Source of the DNA: an uncultured Spirochaetota bacterium
GTDB lineage: Bacteria > Spirochaetota > Brevinematia > Brevinematales > JAOACQ01
DNA: 64,000 nt
Reading direction: 5' to 3'
NCBI GenBank assembly: GCA_963768055.1
Contig: CAVYGN010000002.1
Location: 1,024,001-1,088,000 of the forward strand
Part shown: positions 10,180 through 23,651 of the stretch, piece by piece
Position numbering within the stretch: the first letter of the stretch is position 1
How the letters are laid out: each line of letters opens with the position of its first letter
Notes under the pieces: generated by a model
Database searches by the model: none
What the model was told of the DNA's origin: nothing
What the model saw: the letters and a program-made list of their open reading frames with translations, nothing else
Position numbers and translations under genes: made by a program

Positions 10180-10677
10180 TTAAGATTTTATATACTCCAC
10201 AATGGGCCGGATTTCATCCCGGTTTATCCTGTTAAAATCCCTGGCCATCAGCTTCGCTTTTTCCGGGTCAGTTTTTGCAGTCATTTTAACGGCAAAATTA
10301 ATAATACTTCGTTCCAGCCACTTGAATTCTTTGAATATCATTTTGCCGTTTAGGGGGAAATAGGGCAGACTTAAACAGATTTCTTCAGGGAAATTGGATT
10401 TAAAGTGATTTTGGAGCTCCGGATCGGTCTTTAAAGCTGCGGATGTCGTATAATAGACAAGTTTTTTTCCCTTGAGCTTCGGCCAGTTTTTTTTAATCCA
10501 TCTTCCGATAGCTGGCGAGCCCATTCTTATACAGCTTCCGATGATCAGTATATCGTAATCTCTAATATCCCTTACTTTACTGACAGGTACCGCTTCGAAC
10601 CCTGTCTCTTCCTGGAGCCATTTTGCATAGCACTCCGCCGAACCTGTAATTGTCCTGTAAATGATCAATCCTTTCAT
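10180..10677 (-). CDS. Flavodoxin-domain protein (HemG-like)
   Basis: IIYRTITGSAECYAKWL and YDILIIGSCI. Confidence 0.8.
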   Translation of the reverse strand: MKGLIIYRTITGSAECYAKWLQEETGFEAVPVSKVRDIRDYDILIIGSCIRMGSPAIGRWIKKNWPKLKGKKLVYYTTSAALKTDPELQNHFKSNFPEEICLSLPYFPLNGKMIFKEFKWLERSIINFAVKMTAKTDPEKAKLMARDFNRINRDEIRPIVEYIKS

Positions 10678-10783
10678 AATATTCTCCTATTAATAGCGAT
10701 AAATGCGTGTGACAATCGATAATTATAATATAATATCATGTATAATTCCAGCATTAGTTACCAGCCGTTACTTGTTCAAATAT

Positions 10784-10846
10784 TTGACAAGATAAAAAAA
10801 TTCGATTAATATATGGACTATTAATCCAATATGGAATATAATTCTA
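10784..10846 (+). promoter_or_regulatory. Sigma-70 promoter with putative TetR operators
   Basis: TTGACA-N17-TAATAT followed by imperfect palindromes TGGACTATTAATCCA and TGGAATATAATTCTA. Confidence 0.5.
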
Positions 10847-10856
10847 TGAGGATTAT

Positions 10857-11486
10857 ATGGGAACAAAAGATAGAAAATTGAGAGAATTGGAAAAGAGGCG
10901 CAGATTGATCCTTGATAAAAGCAGGGATCTGTTCTTCCGGAAGGGGTTCGATAATGTTACCATAGATGAAATCTGCACTGCTATAGAATACGGAAGGAGC
11001 GCTTTGTACAAACTTTTTCAAAGTAAAGAAGAAATATATTTCAATATTTGTATTGAAGGGATAAACCTCCTTGGGGAGAGTTTGATGGATCTGAACATGA
11101 AAAGTTATTATTTTGAAGAGGAATTTTTAAGAATCCCTAAAATCTTTGTAAAATTTTTCTTCGAACAGAAAAACTATTACGAAGCAATGTTATTTTTCAC
11201 AAAAAACAAGCAGGCAGATCTCAGTATTTCAAACGAACTCTTTGACAGGATGCTGGATGTCAGCCGTATTGCAATGAACCCTATCGACCTCCTGGTAGCT
11301 CGGGGAATCGAACTGGGAATATTGAAAAAAGCCGATTACGGGCGGATCATTATTTTATTTAAAGTCTCACTTACCGGCCTGCTGGATAAGTTTTTCCTTG
11401 ATAGGGACAGTATTGAAATGAATATTATCGAAGAATTTTGCCTCGACCATGCAAGGATTTATTTGAACGGCTTAAAATCGATGTGA
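10857..11486 (+). CDS. TetR/AcrR-family transcriptional regulator
   Basis: LFFRKGFDNVTIDEI...ALYKLFQSKEEI helix-turn-helix. Confidence 0.9.
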   Translation: MGTKDRKLRELEKRRRLILDKSRDLFFRKGFDNVTIDEICTAIEYGRSALYKLFQSKEEIYFNICIEGINLLGESLMDLNMKSYYFEEEFLRIPKIFVKFFFEQKNYYEAMLFFTKNKQADLSISNELFDRMLDVSRIAMNPIDLLVARGIELGILKKADYGRIIILFKVSLTGLLDKFFLDRDSIEMNIIEEFCLDHARIYLNGLKSM

Positions 11487-11626
11487 TGATCGGATCCGGG
11501 GCCGATGTTAATATCTCTAATAAGGACGGTATGACTGCGCTCTCTATAGCCGTATTGAAAGGACAGGGCGATATTGCCGAAAAGCTTAAAAAAGCCGGGG
11601 CAAGATTAAAGAATTCATTTAATTGA
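11483..11626 (+). pseudogene. C-terminal remnant of an ankyrin-repeat gene
   Basis: GADVNISNKDGMTALSIAVLKGQGDIAEKLKKAGA is a single terminal ankyrin repeat with no 5' part. Confidence 0.6.
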
Positions 11627-11644
11627 AAAAAAGATCATAAAATT

Positions 11645-11673
11645 TTGCAAAAAAGGCAAAGGAGTGATATACT
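11645..11673 (+). promoter_or_regulatory. rrn operon sigma-70 promoter
   Basis: TTGCAA-N17-TATACT about 190 bp upstream of 16S. Confidence 0.7.
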
Positions 11674-11858
11674 ACTGACCGCCTCCGAGAAGGAAGCGAA
11701 AGGTAATAGAACTATGGTGAGAGTCCAGTGCGAGTCCTACTCGGTCACCGAGGGTTAAAGCTCGGTGATGGAGGAAGACAAACAATTTCTTAAGAACCCC
11801 GCGCCGGCTTGCCGGAGCGGGGAGATGAAACAGATCAAACAAGAAATGATAATAAAAT

Positions 11859-13390
<1,532 letters not shown>

Positions 13391-13640
13391 TTTAGGGAGA
13401 AAAAAAGTCACTGGACTCTCATCATTTATATAAAAATAAAGGATGAATATAAAAAAGGTATCTTGATTTGTTTAACGCAGATCGAGAACAATTCGCCTGT
13501 CAACGTATATAAATCGTTGAGGTTCATCTGAGCTCATTGGGGTAATGAGCTCACGCCGAACTTTTGCGAGGCGTAGAGCGAATTACACCGAAGTTAATGA
13601 GCCAAGCCGAGCAAAGTGAGGCATAAGGCGAATTAACCGA

Positions 13641-13714
13641 GGGTGTATAGCTCAGTTGGTTAGAGCGCAGCCCTGATAAGGCTGAGGTCGGTGGTTCGAA
13701 ACCACCTACACCCA
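13641..13714 (+). tRNA. tRNA-Ile(GAT)
   Basis: Cloverleaf with anticodon loop CTGATAA and T loop GTTCGAAAC; CCA not encoded. Confidence 0.95.
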
Positions 13715-13765
13715 ACCCCTCACAAGGTGAGGAGCGTACTTGATCGCATATGCGCTCAAGCACGG

Positions 13766-13838
13766 GGGGGTGTAGCTCAGCTGGGAGAGCGCCTGCCTTG
13801 CAAGCAGGATGTCAGGGGTTCGATTCCCCTCATCTCCA
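13766..13838 (+). tRNA. tRNA-Ala(TGC)
   Basis: Cloverleaf with anticodon loop CTTGCAA and G3:U70 pair; CCA not encoded. Confidence 0.95.
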
Positions 13839-13910
13839 GGCAAGAAACAAAGAAAAGAAAAGAATAGGAAAGAAAAAGAAAGAAAAGCGGTTATAGGAAT
13901 AAGGTAAGAA

Positions 13911-16803
<2,893 letters not shown>

Positions 16804-16834
16804 TTCTTTCCTTTATTCTTATATCGTTTTATTT

Positions 16835-16940
16835 GCTCTCGACCATAGCGCAGGTGTTACACCCGGTCCCATTCCGAACCCGGAAGTTAAGCCCTGCGTC
16901 GCCGATGATACTCGTTTCGGGGAAAGTAGGTGTCGAGAGC
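16835..16940 (+). rRNA. rrf: 5S rRNA (short, about 106 nt)
   Basis: CCCATTCCGAACCCGGAAGTTAAG core; helix I GCTCTCGAC/GTCGAGAGC. Confidence 0.92.
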
Positions 16941-16976
16941 TTTTTTTATTTATTTTAAGACAAAAAGAGGAAAAAT

Positions 16977-18179
16977 ATGGTTAACGCGCTGAATACCATA
17001 GAGGAAGCGTTAATAGAAATTAAAAAGGGGAATATGGTTATCGTCGTAGATGACGAAACAAGGGAAAATGAAGGGGATCTTGTGATGGCTGCGGAAATGG
17101 CCACCCCTGAAAAAATAAATTTCATCATCAGGGAAGCAAGAGGCCTTCTGTGTTCGCCCCTTACTTCCGAAAAAGCCTTGAAATTAGACCTTCCAATCAT
17201 GACCGATGAAAAGAACGAAAAATGGGGAACGGCGTTTACGGTATCTGTCGATGCCAAAACAGTCAACACGGGGATATCTGCATTCGAAAGAGCCGAGACT
17301 TTGAAGAAACTGGCCTATCCCGGCGCTGCCAAGGAAGATTTTGTAAGGCCGGGACATATTTTCCCTGTTCAGGCCAGGCCCGGCGGAGTATTAAAAAGGG
17401 CCGGGCATACAGAGGCGACTGTTGACCTGATGTCCCTTGCAGGACTTCAAGAAGTCGGCGTTATATGTGAAATATTAAACGAAGACGGTACGATGGCAAG
17501 GATGCCCCAGCTTAAACAATTCGCGAAAAAACATGAACTCAAAATAATCAGTGTTGCGCAGCTTATCGAATACAGGACAATGAAGGAAAAGCATGTATTC
17601 AAGGAAACAGAAGCGCGTCTTCCTACTAAATACGGTGATTTCAAAATTATAATTTATAAAAATAATATAGACGATAAGGAACATGTAGTTCTTTTAAAAG
17701 GGAAGATTAAAAAAGAACCGCCTGTCCTCGTACGTGTCCACTCGGAATGCTTTACCGGAGATATATTCGGGTCCCTTCGCTGCGATTGCGGAGAGCAACT
17801 GCACAAGGCAATGGAATTGATTGAAAAAGAGAATTGCGGGGTCATTCTTTATATGCGGCAGGAGGGCAGGGGTATCGGACTCCTTAATAAGATTAAAGCT
17901 TACTCCTTACAGGACCGCAAGGGTCTTGACACAGTCGAGGCTAATATTGAACTTGGCTTCGGAGAGGACCTTAGAGATTACGGGATCGGGGCACAAATTT
18001 TGAAAGACCTTGGACTTTCAAAAATACGGCTCCTTACCAACAATCCGAAAAAAATAATAGGCCTTGAGGGTTTCGGTATAGAAATAGTGGAAAGGATTCC
18101 CTTAATAATAAAATCCAATGAAGAAAATGAAAAATACCTTATGACTAAAAAAAACAAAATGGGACATATCCTGGACTGA
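16977..18179 (+). CDS. ribBA: Bifunctional DHBP synthase / GTP cyclohydrolase II
   Basis: [30 protein letters not shown]...RCDCG. Confidence 0.97.
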   Translation: MVNALNTIEEALIEIKKGNMVIVVDDETRENEGDLVMAAEMATPEKINFIIREARGLLCSPLTSEKALKLDLPIMTDEKNEKWGTAFTVSVDAKTVNTGISAFERAETLKKLAYPGAAKEDFVRPGHIFPVQARPGGVLKRAGHTEATVDLMSLAGLQEVGVICEILNEDGTMARMPQLKQFAKKHELKIISVAQLIEYRTMKEKHVFKETEARLPTKYGDFKIIIYKNNIDDKEHVVLLKGKIKKEPPVLVRVHSECFTGDIFGSLRCDCGEQLHKAMELIEKENCGVILYMRQEGRGIGLLNKIKAYSLQDRKGLDTVEANIELGFGEDLRDYGIGAQILKDLGLSKIRLLTNNPKKIIGLEGFGIEIVERIPLIIKSNEENEKYLMTKKNKMGHILD

Positions 18180-18887
18180 TCAATTCGGATTTTCAATCAT
18201 TCTCCTGTATATATATTTTGCTATCTTCCTCATTCCGGCCTGTTCTACGTTATCGAAATGAAAACCGGCAGAGTCGTTTCGCAAATTGATCAATGTCGCA
18301 AGCGTTTTAATCCCTATCCCCTCTATCATGATAAGAAGCGGATCGTAAATGGTTTTCGGCGCCAGAAGAGACATTTCAGAAGCATTATCGAATTTTACAG
18401 CGCATCCTCCGGCACTGATGTCGATTACTTTCCCTTTTACATACCTGTTTATTTCCTTGATGCAGAGCGCGCTTTTTATTACCTCGGTTTCTTTCGGCCT
18501 GACCCGGACATGAATTCGCTGGTCTTTTTTATGTATGTTATTGACGATGATGAACCGGATAACTTCCTCAGCGATATGTGCGGTATTCTGCGAGAAATTT
18601 ATTATAGCGTTAACACCAACAGGCAAGAGGCTTTTAATTAATTCGGGTTTCATGTCGTTTTTTACAATCAGGAATATATTTATTGAAGGGTTGATCTCTT
18701 TTATCTGCTTAAGCTGGTCGATATCCTGAGTTCCTGTCAGAAGTATAGGAATTGTAATGTCTTTTTTCATGGCGCTTACTAATTCATCTCTAGAGGGGCA
18801 ATCGACACATTCAAGCCCCATGGGAATCAGATCTATCATTAAATCGGCCGCTTTATTGAGGAAAAGATCGTAAGCAAAAATTTTCAT
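18180..18887 (-). CDS. PilZ-domain protein with a degenerate receiver-like N-terminus
   Basis: QRIHVR (RxxxR) and DISAGG (DxSxxG) c-di-GMP-binding motifs. Confidence 0.75.
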   Translation of the reverse strand: MKIFAYDLFLNKAADLMIDLIPMGLECVDCPSRDELVSAMKKDITIPILLTGTQDIDQLKQIKEINPSINIFLIVKNDMKPELIKSLLPVGVNAIINFSQNTAHIAEEVIRFIIVNNIHKKDQRIHVRVRPKETEVIKSALCIKEINRYVKGKVIDISAGGCAVKFDNASEMSLLAPKTIYDPLLIMIEGIGIKTLATLINLRNDSAGFHFDNVEQAGMRKIAKYIYRRMIENPN

Positions 18888-19036
18888 CTGGGAAGCCGCC
18901 TTGTTTACTGTTTAGAAAAAGGCCTTTTAAACCGAATAAATATAGGATGATTTATTTTTAAAATCAAATTTTATCCGACTATTTTCATGCCCGGATTTAT
19001 TATTTTTAGGTAGATTATACCAAGCAGGAGAATTAT

Positions 19037-20065
19037 ATGAAAAGTTTGTTAATTACCGTACTGCTCGTCTTCATATTCGGCAAAGCTTTTCCGTTCAATA
19101 TTATTTTTCCGGAATTTTATGCATATTCGGAATATAATTCAAGCAATGACATAAACTCTTCTTACCTTATAGATATGGTTATCGATACAGGGCTCAAATA
19201 CGGAGTTAAATTCGGACTTGGATTTAAAGAATACAATATATCATCTCTTCCTACAAATAACGGGGGGCTGGATTCCCTTAAAATATATGTAAACCCTGTG
19301 GATACGCTTAACATAGGTTATTTCCTTGGAAAGAACGTTACGCTGGGTAATGCCGAAATAGGTTATCAGGGCTTTCAATTTCACCAGCAGACCGGTCTTG
19401 AGTATATCGGATATAAAGATATCAGCGGTACCGGGCTCGAGGCTTATATGGATTTAATGGACAATCTTCTTGAGCCCCATATATATATTTACCAGCCTTC
19501 AGACACGAACCAGGTAAATCTCGATACTGTTTTTTATTTGAGGATGGAACATTATGTGTTTGAAGCTTACTTCGGCATCAATGATGTAGATGTTATTGAT
19601 GCATCTGAAAGCAACACCCTGGCTTACAGGCTGGGATTTTTTGTGAAAACCGTATACGGAAAAATAGATTTTCTTGTAGGCCTTTATGCTCCCGACACTC
19701 TTTTCGGGCAGATACCCGCGTCTGATTCAATATATTTAAACATAACCGAACATATTGTTATTGATAATTTCGAACAGACTTTGACCATCTTTACACGGCC
19801 GTCGTCTTATAACGGTGTTACGGAAAATATATCTAACGACGTAGACTTGTATTTAGCGACAGGGGTGAAGTTCGACGATATAGGAGCCGGAATTGAAAAT
19901 TCGCTTCTTTTTGCGTCAAATTATTCCACAACCGACAAACCCGGTTTATATTTCTATTTTTTGATGGACAATCTTATGTACAAAATCGGTGTTTATTATA
20001 CTGTCATAGGAAATGCCTTCGCTTCGAAGTATGGGGGATTTGTAAGCATCAGCGGCAATATTTAG
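19037..20065 (+). CDS. Hypothetical secreted or outer-membrane protein
   Basis: Signal peptide and alternating beta-strand pattern. Confidence 0.65.
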   Translation: MKSLLITVLLVFIFGKAFPFNIIFPEFYAYSEYNSSNDINSSYLIDMVIDTGLKYGVKFGLGFKEYNISSLPTNNGGLDSLKIYVNPVDTLNIGYFLGKNVTLGNAEIGYQGFQFHQQTGLEYIGYKDISGTGLEAYMDLMDNLLEPHIYIYQPSDTNQVNLDTVFYLRMEHYVFEAYFGINDVDVIDASESNTLAYRLGFFVKTVYGKIDFLVGLYAPDTLFGQIPASDSIYLNITEHIVIDNFEQTLTIFTRPSSYNGVTENISNDVDLYLATGVKFDDIGAGIENSLLFASNYSTTDKPGLYFYFLMDNLMYKIGVYYTVIGNAFASKYGGFVSISGNI

Positions 20066-21428
20066 TCTGGATTTTCATCAGTTCGCCGACGGTGTTTTCA
20101 AGTTTCATTCCGTGCGAGGCCTTAAGCAGTACTGTGTCCCCGTCCAGTATCATTTCCGTCAATTTATTGATTAGTTCTTCCTGGTTCTGGAAGAATTTTT
20201 TTTCTATGCCGGTTTCTTTGATATTTTCAATGATATTCCGGGAATTGTGACCATAAGCGAACACTATATCGGCGGATTTGTTTTCAGATATATGCCTGCC
20301 GATCATACCATGAAGTTCATGAGCCAAATGACCGAGTTCCAGCATATCCGATAAAACAGCAATTTTCCGCCCTTTAGCCTTTTCAAGAAGTTCGAGGGCT
20401 TTAATCATTGATGAAGGATTGGCGTTATATGTGTCATGAATTATTGTGAAATTTCCCCGGATTATTTCACTTCTTCCATTTACCGGCTTGAACCCGGATA
20501 CTGAACTGACCATTTCTTTTTCATCGATCTGATAAATTTCACTGACTTTAAAAGCGGCGGCAAGATTTGACAGGTTATGTGACCCGGTGGCATGAAAATC
20601 AAATTCATTATTTTTGTATGAAAGTCTGTAGCCTTCAAGACCCCTGTCTTCGAGTATCGACAGGTCTGATATTCCGAAATCCATAGTCTCGACAGGCGAT
20701 ATTTTTTTGAAATATTCCAGAAACCGGTCGTCCCGGTTAAGCAGGGCAATACCATGAGGATTTATTCCGGAGAATATTTCCGATTTGGCTTCCGCTATTT
20801 TTTCAAGGCTTCCGAACATGCCTATATGAGCGTAACCGACATTGGTGATAAGCCCTAACAGGGGCTGTGCGGTTTCAGAGAGATGCCTAAGTTCGCCTTT
20901 GTGATTCATCCCCATTTCAAGTATGAGAATATGGGTTTGAGGCGGAGCCTGAAGCATGGTAAGCGGTAAACCGATATCGTTATTATAATTCTTTGCGGAA
21001 CTATGTACATTATATTTGGTCGATAATATCAGGGAAATAAGCTCCCTCGTAGTCGTCTTGCCGGAGCTCCCGGTTATGCCGATGGAACTTGCAAAGATAT
21101 GTTTTTTATATGCCTTTGCCAGGAAAGATAATGATTCTTTAGTGTCCCTGACAGGTATAACAAAACTATTGTGAATATTTTTTTTTATCCTGCTTTTATA
21201 ATCGTTTTGAACAATAAAAAACCTCACTCCTTTAGAGTTACATTCGTTGATGAAATTGTGACCGTTATGATTTTCACCGACTATTGCAATAAAACACTGA
21301 TTTAGTGTAATATCCCTCGAATCGATTGAAAAACCCTCGACAATGGAATTTTTAGGGTGTCCGATCTTGATTGAAGGGCTCTTGAGGCTCTTTTCAATAA
21401 AACCTATATCTACCATCAAAATCTCCAC
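20049..21428 (-). CDS. murF: UDP-MurNAc-tripeptide--D-Ala-D-Ala ligase
   Basis: IDSR, GITGSSGKTTTRE, NNDIGLP, EMGMNH, DTYNANP, DMLELG. Confidence 0.95.
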   Translation of the reverse strand: MEILMVDIGFIEKSLKSPSIKIGHPKNSIVEGFSIDSRDITLNQCFIAIVGENHNGHNFINECNSKGVRFFIVQNDYKSRIKKNIHNSFVIPVRDTKESLSFLAKAYKKHIFASSIGITGSSGKTTTRELISLILSTKYNVHSSAKNYNNDIGLPLTMLQAPPQTHILILEMGMNHKGELRHLSETAQPLLGLITNVGYAHIGMFGSLEKIAEAKSEIFSGINPHGIALLNRDDRFLEYFKKISPVETMDFGISDLSILEDRGLEGYRLSYKNNEFDFHATGSHNLSNLAAAFKVSEIYQIDEKEMVSSVSGFKPVNGRSEIIRGNFTIIHDTYNANPSSMIKALELLEKAKGRKIAVLSDMLELGHLAHELHGMIGRHISENKSADIVFAYGHNSRNIIENIKETGIEKKFFQNQEELINKLTEMILDGDTVLLKASHGMKLENTVGELMKIQTKYCR

Positions 21429-21583
21429 GGCTTAACACAATAGCCATTCTATATTGTATGTGCTGAGATGATATTTTGGCAAATTTTTGAAAACTTATTT
21501 ACATTTTTTCATTTTTCTTATAAAATAAATAATTGTTTCAAAATAGGTGTAAAGTTGAAATCTCCCCTCTTCCGGAGGAATTA

Positions 21584-22990
21584 ATGCAACTAAATAGCTT
21601 GCATAGAGTAAGCGATTATGAATGGATGATTCCAAAACAAGACGCTATGATCGTGGACGGAATTATTATTGGAAGCCGTTTAATTGTAGAAAATATGGAG
21701 GAAGCCGTTTATCTGCAATTGAAAAAAGTCGCTTCCCTTCCGGGTATACTTGAGAAAGCGATTGCGCTCCCGAACGCCCATGCCGGGAACGGCTTTCCGG
21801 TCGGTTGTGTAGCGGCATTTGATCCTAAAGAAGGGGTCATCTTCATAGAAGGGGCCGCATATGATTTTAATTGTGGGGATAGGCTTGTTACCACTAACCT
21901 GATCTATCAGGACATAGAAAAGAAGGTAGATACACTGATCAAAGCTTTTTTTAAGACAATCCCAACCGGTGCGCTGACTACAGGCAAACTTACCCTCTCA
22001 AGGAAAGAACTCAGGGACCTTATGGCTGAAGGAGCGAAATGGGTAATTAACAACAGAGGAATGGGAAAAGAAGACGAGCTTGAATATATTGAGGACTTCG
22101 GGTTTACCGGCGGCGCAGACCCGGATGATGTCAGCGAGGAAGCCATAAAAAAGGAAAAGAACAATCTCGGAACGATGGGAGCCGGAAATCATTTTCTCGA
22201 ACTGCAGGTTGTGGACGAGGTTTTCGATATTGAAAAAGCAAGGGTATTCGGCCTTTTCAAAAACCAGGTTGTGGTAACTTTTCATGCAGGTTCGAGGGGG
22301 CTGGGAAACCAGATCGGTATCGATTATCAGTCGCTTTTCAGGAATAAAAAATCAGAAGACCCTATTTATATTCCGGCTGATTCGGAAGAAGGCAGGAGGT
22401 ATTTAGGAGCAGTCCGATGTGCTTTTAATTACGCTTTTGCAAACAGGCAGGTGATAAGTCATGCGGTCCATAACGTTTTTAACGATATTATAAAAGATGT
22501 AGATACTAATACTATGTATGATTTAGGACATAATACTATAAAAGAAGAAATCCATAAAATAGGTGCTTCAAAAAGGGCTGTCCTTATTCATAGAAAAGGC
22601 AGCACAAGGAGCTTTTCAGGTAAAATGCCGGAGATAGCCCGGCCGTACAGGGTATCCGGGCAGCCTGTAATTGTCGGGGGTTCGATGGGGACTTACAGTT
22701 ATGTTCTCGCAGGCAGGGAAGATGCAATCGAAAGGACATTTGCATCGACTGTTCATGGTTCTGGAAGAACTATGTCGCCTGCCGATGCAAAAAAGTTATC
22801 GGATTTTGACAATCTAAATGAAGATCTTTTAAAAAAAAATATATTCCTTAAAACGAAGAATAAAGAAGGTGCTGTCGAGGAAGCGCCCTATGCTTATAAG
22901 GACATTGAAGAAGTAATACAATCTATAAGCAAGTCAGGGCTTTCACAGAGAGTGGCAAGGCTTAAACCCATAGGGGTAATCAAGGGTTGA
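21584..22990 (+). CDS. rtcB: RtcB-family RNA ligase (long type)
   Basis: YDFNCG, GAGNHFLE, HAGSRG, YDLGHN, HRKG, HGSGR, EEAPYAYK and terminal IKG; start moved to the ATG after GGAGG. Confidence 0.9.
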   Translation: MQLNSLHRVSDYEWMIPKQDAMIVDGIIIGSRLIVENMEEAVYLQLKKVASLPGILEKAIALPNAHAGNGFPVGCVAAFDPKEGVIFIEGAAYDFNCGDRLVTTNLIYQDIEKKVDTLIKAFFKTIPTGALTTGKLTLSRKELRDLMAEGAKWVINNRGMGKEDELEYIEDFGFTGGADPDDVSEEAIKKEKNNLGTMGAGNHFLELQVVDEVFDIEKARVFGLFKNQVVVTFHAGSRGLGNQIGIDYQSLFRNKKSEDPIYIPADSEEGRRYLGAVRCAFNYAFANRQVISHAVHNVFNDIIKDVDTNTMYDLGHNTIKEEIHKIGASKRAVLIHRKGSTRSFSGKMPEIARPYRVSGQPVIVGGSMGTYSYVLAGREDAIERTFASTVHGSGRTMSPADAKKLSDFDNLNEDLLKKNIFLKTKNKEGAVEEAPYAYKDIEEVIQSISKSGLSQRVARLKPIGVIKG

Positions 22991-22992
22991 AT

Positions 22993-23637
22993 ATGTTCTT
23001 AGATGTTTTACCGGCAGGTATTTATGGCATTACAGCCGAAGAGTATTCAAATGGACGCAAAAATATTGAAGTGGTCAGGGAAATGGTTAAAGGGGGGGTT
23101 AAAGTCGTCCAGTACAGGGAAAAGGGTGATAAGCCGTTACGCCTGAAATTTGACGAATGCATGGAAATCCGTAAAATAACAAAGGGTGAAGGCGTTATTT
23201 TTATAGTTAATGATTTTATCGACATTGCCCTTGCTGTTGATGCGGATGGAGTCCATATCGGCCAGGACGATATGCCCTTCGGCGCAGTCAGGAAACTTTT
23301 GGGGAAAAAGATCATCGGGATTTCAACCCACAGCAGGAACGATGCGATTGCAGCTGTGCAGGCCGGTGCAGATTATATAGGTGCCGGGCCGGTCTACAAG
23401 ACTTTTACGAAAAAACACGAGGGAGGGCCTGTTGGCCTTGGATATCTGGATTTTGTTATAAAAAATATCCCGATACCTTGTGTCGCGATCGGCGGTATAA
23501 AAGAAGATAATCTTGAAGAAGTTTTAAAAACCGGTGTTAAGACTGTTGCGCTTGTCACGGAGATTGTAGGCGCTCCGGATATTTGTAATAAAGTGATTAG
23601 TTTGAACAGACTTCTGACCAGATTTCAAATTTCCTAG
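22993..23637 (+). CDS. thiE: Thiamine-phosphate synthase
   Basis: VQYREK, IVND, DGVHIGQDD, GISTH, VAIGGI. Confidence 0.95.
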   Translation: MFLDVLPAGIYGITAEEYSNGRKNIEVVREMVKGGVKVVQYREKGDKPLRLKFDECMEIRKITKGEGVIFIVNDFIDIALAVDADGVHIGQDDMPFGAVRKLLGKKIIGISTHSRNDAIAAVQAGADYIGAGPVYKTFTKKHEGGPVGLGYLDFVIKNIPIPCVAIGGIKEDNLEEVLKTGVKTVALVTEIVGAPDICNKVISLNRLLTRFQIS

Positions 23638-23651
23638 TGATGAGGTGTTTT

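Noticed and set aside
21455..21480. GTGCTGAGA resembling a TPP riboswitch upstream of rtcB-thiE
   Set aside because: Lacks the downstream ACCTGAT and GCGTAGG elements and the supporting helices
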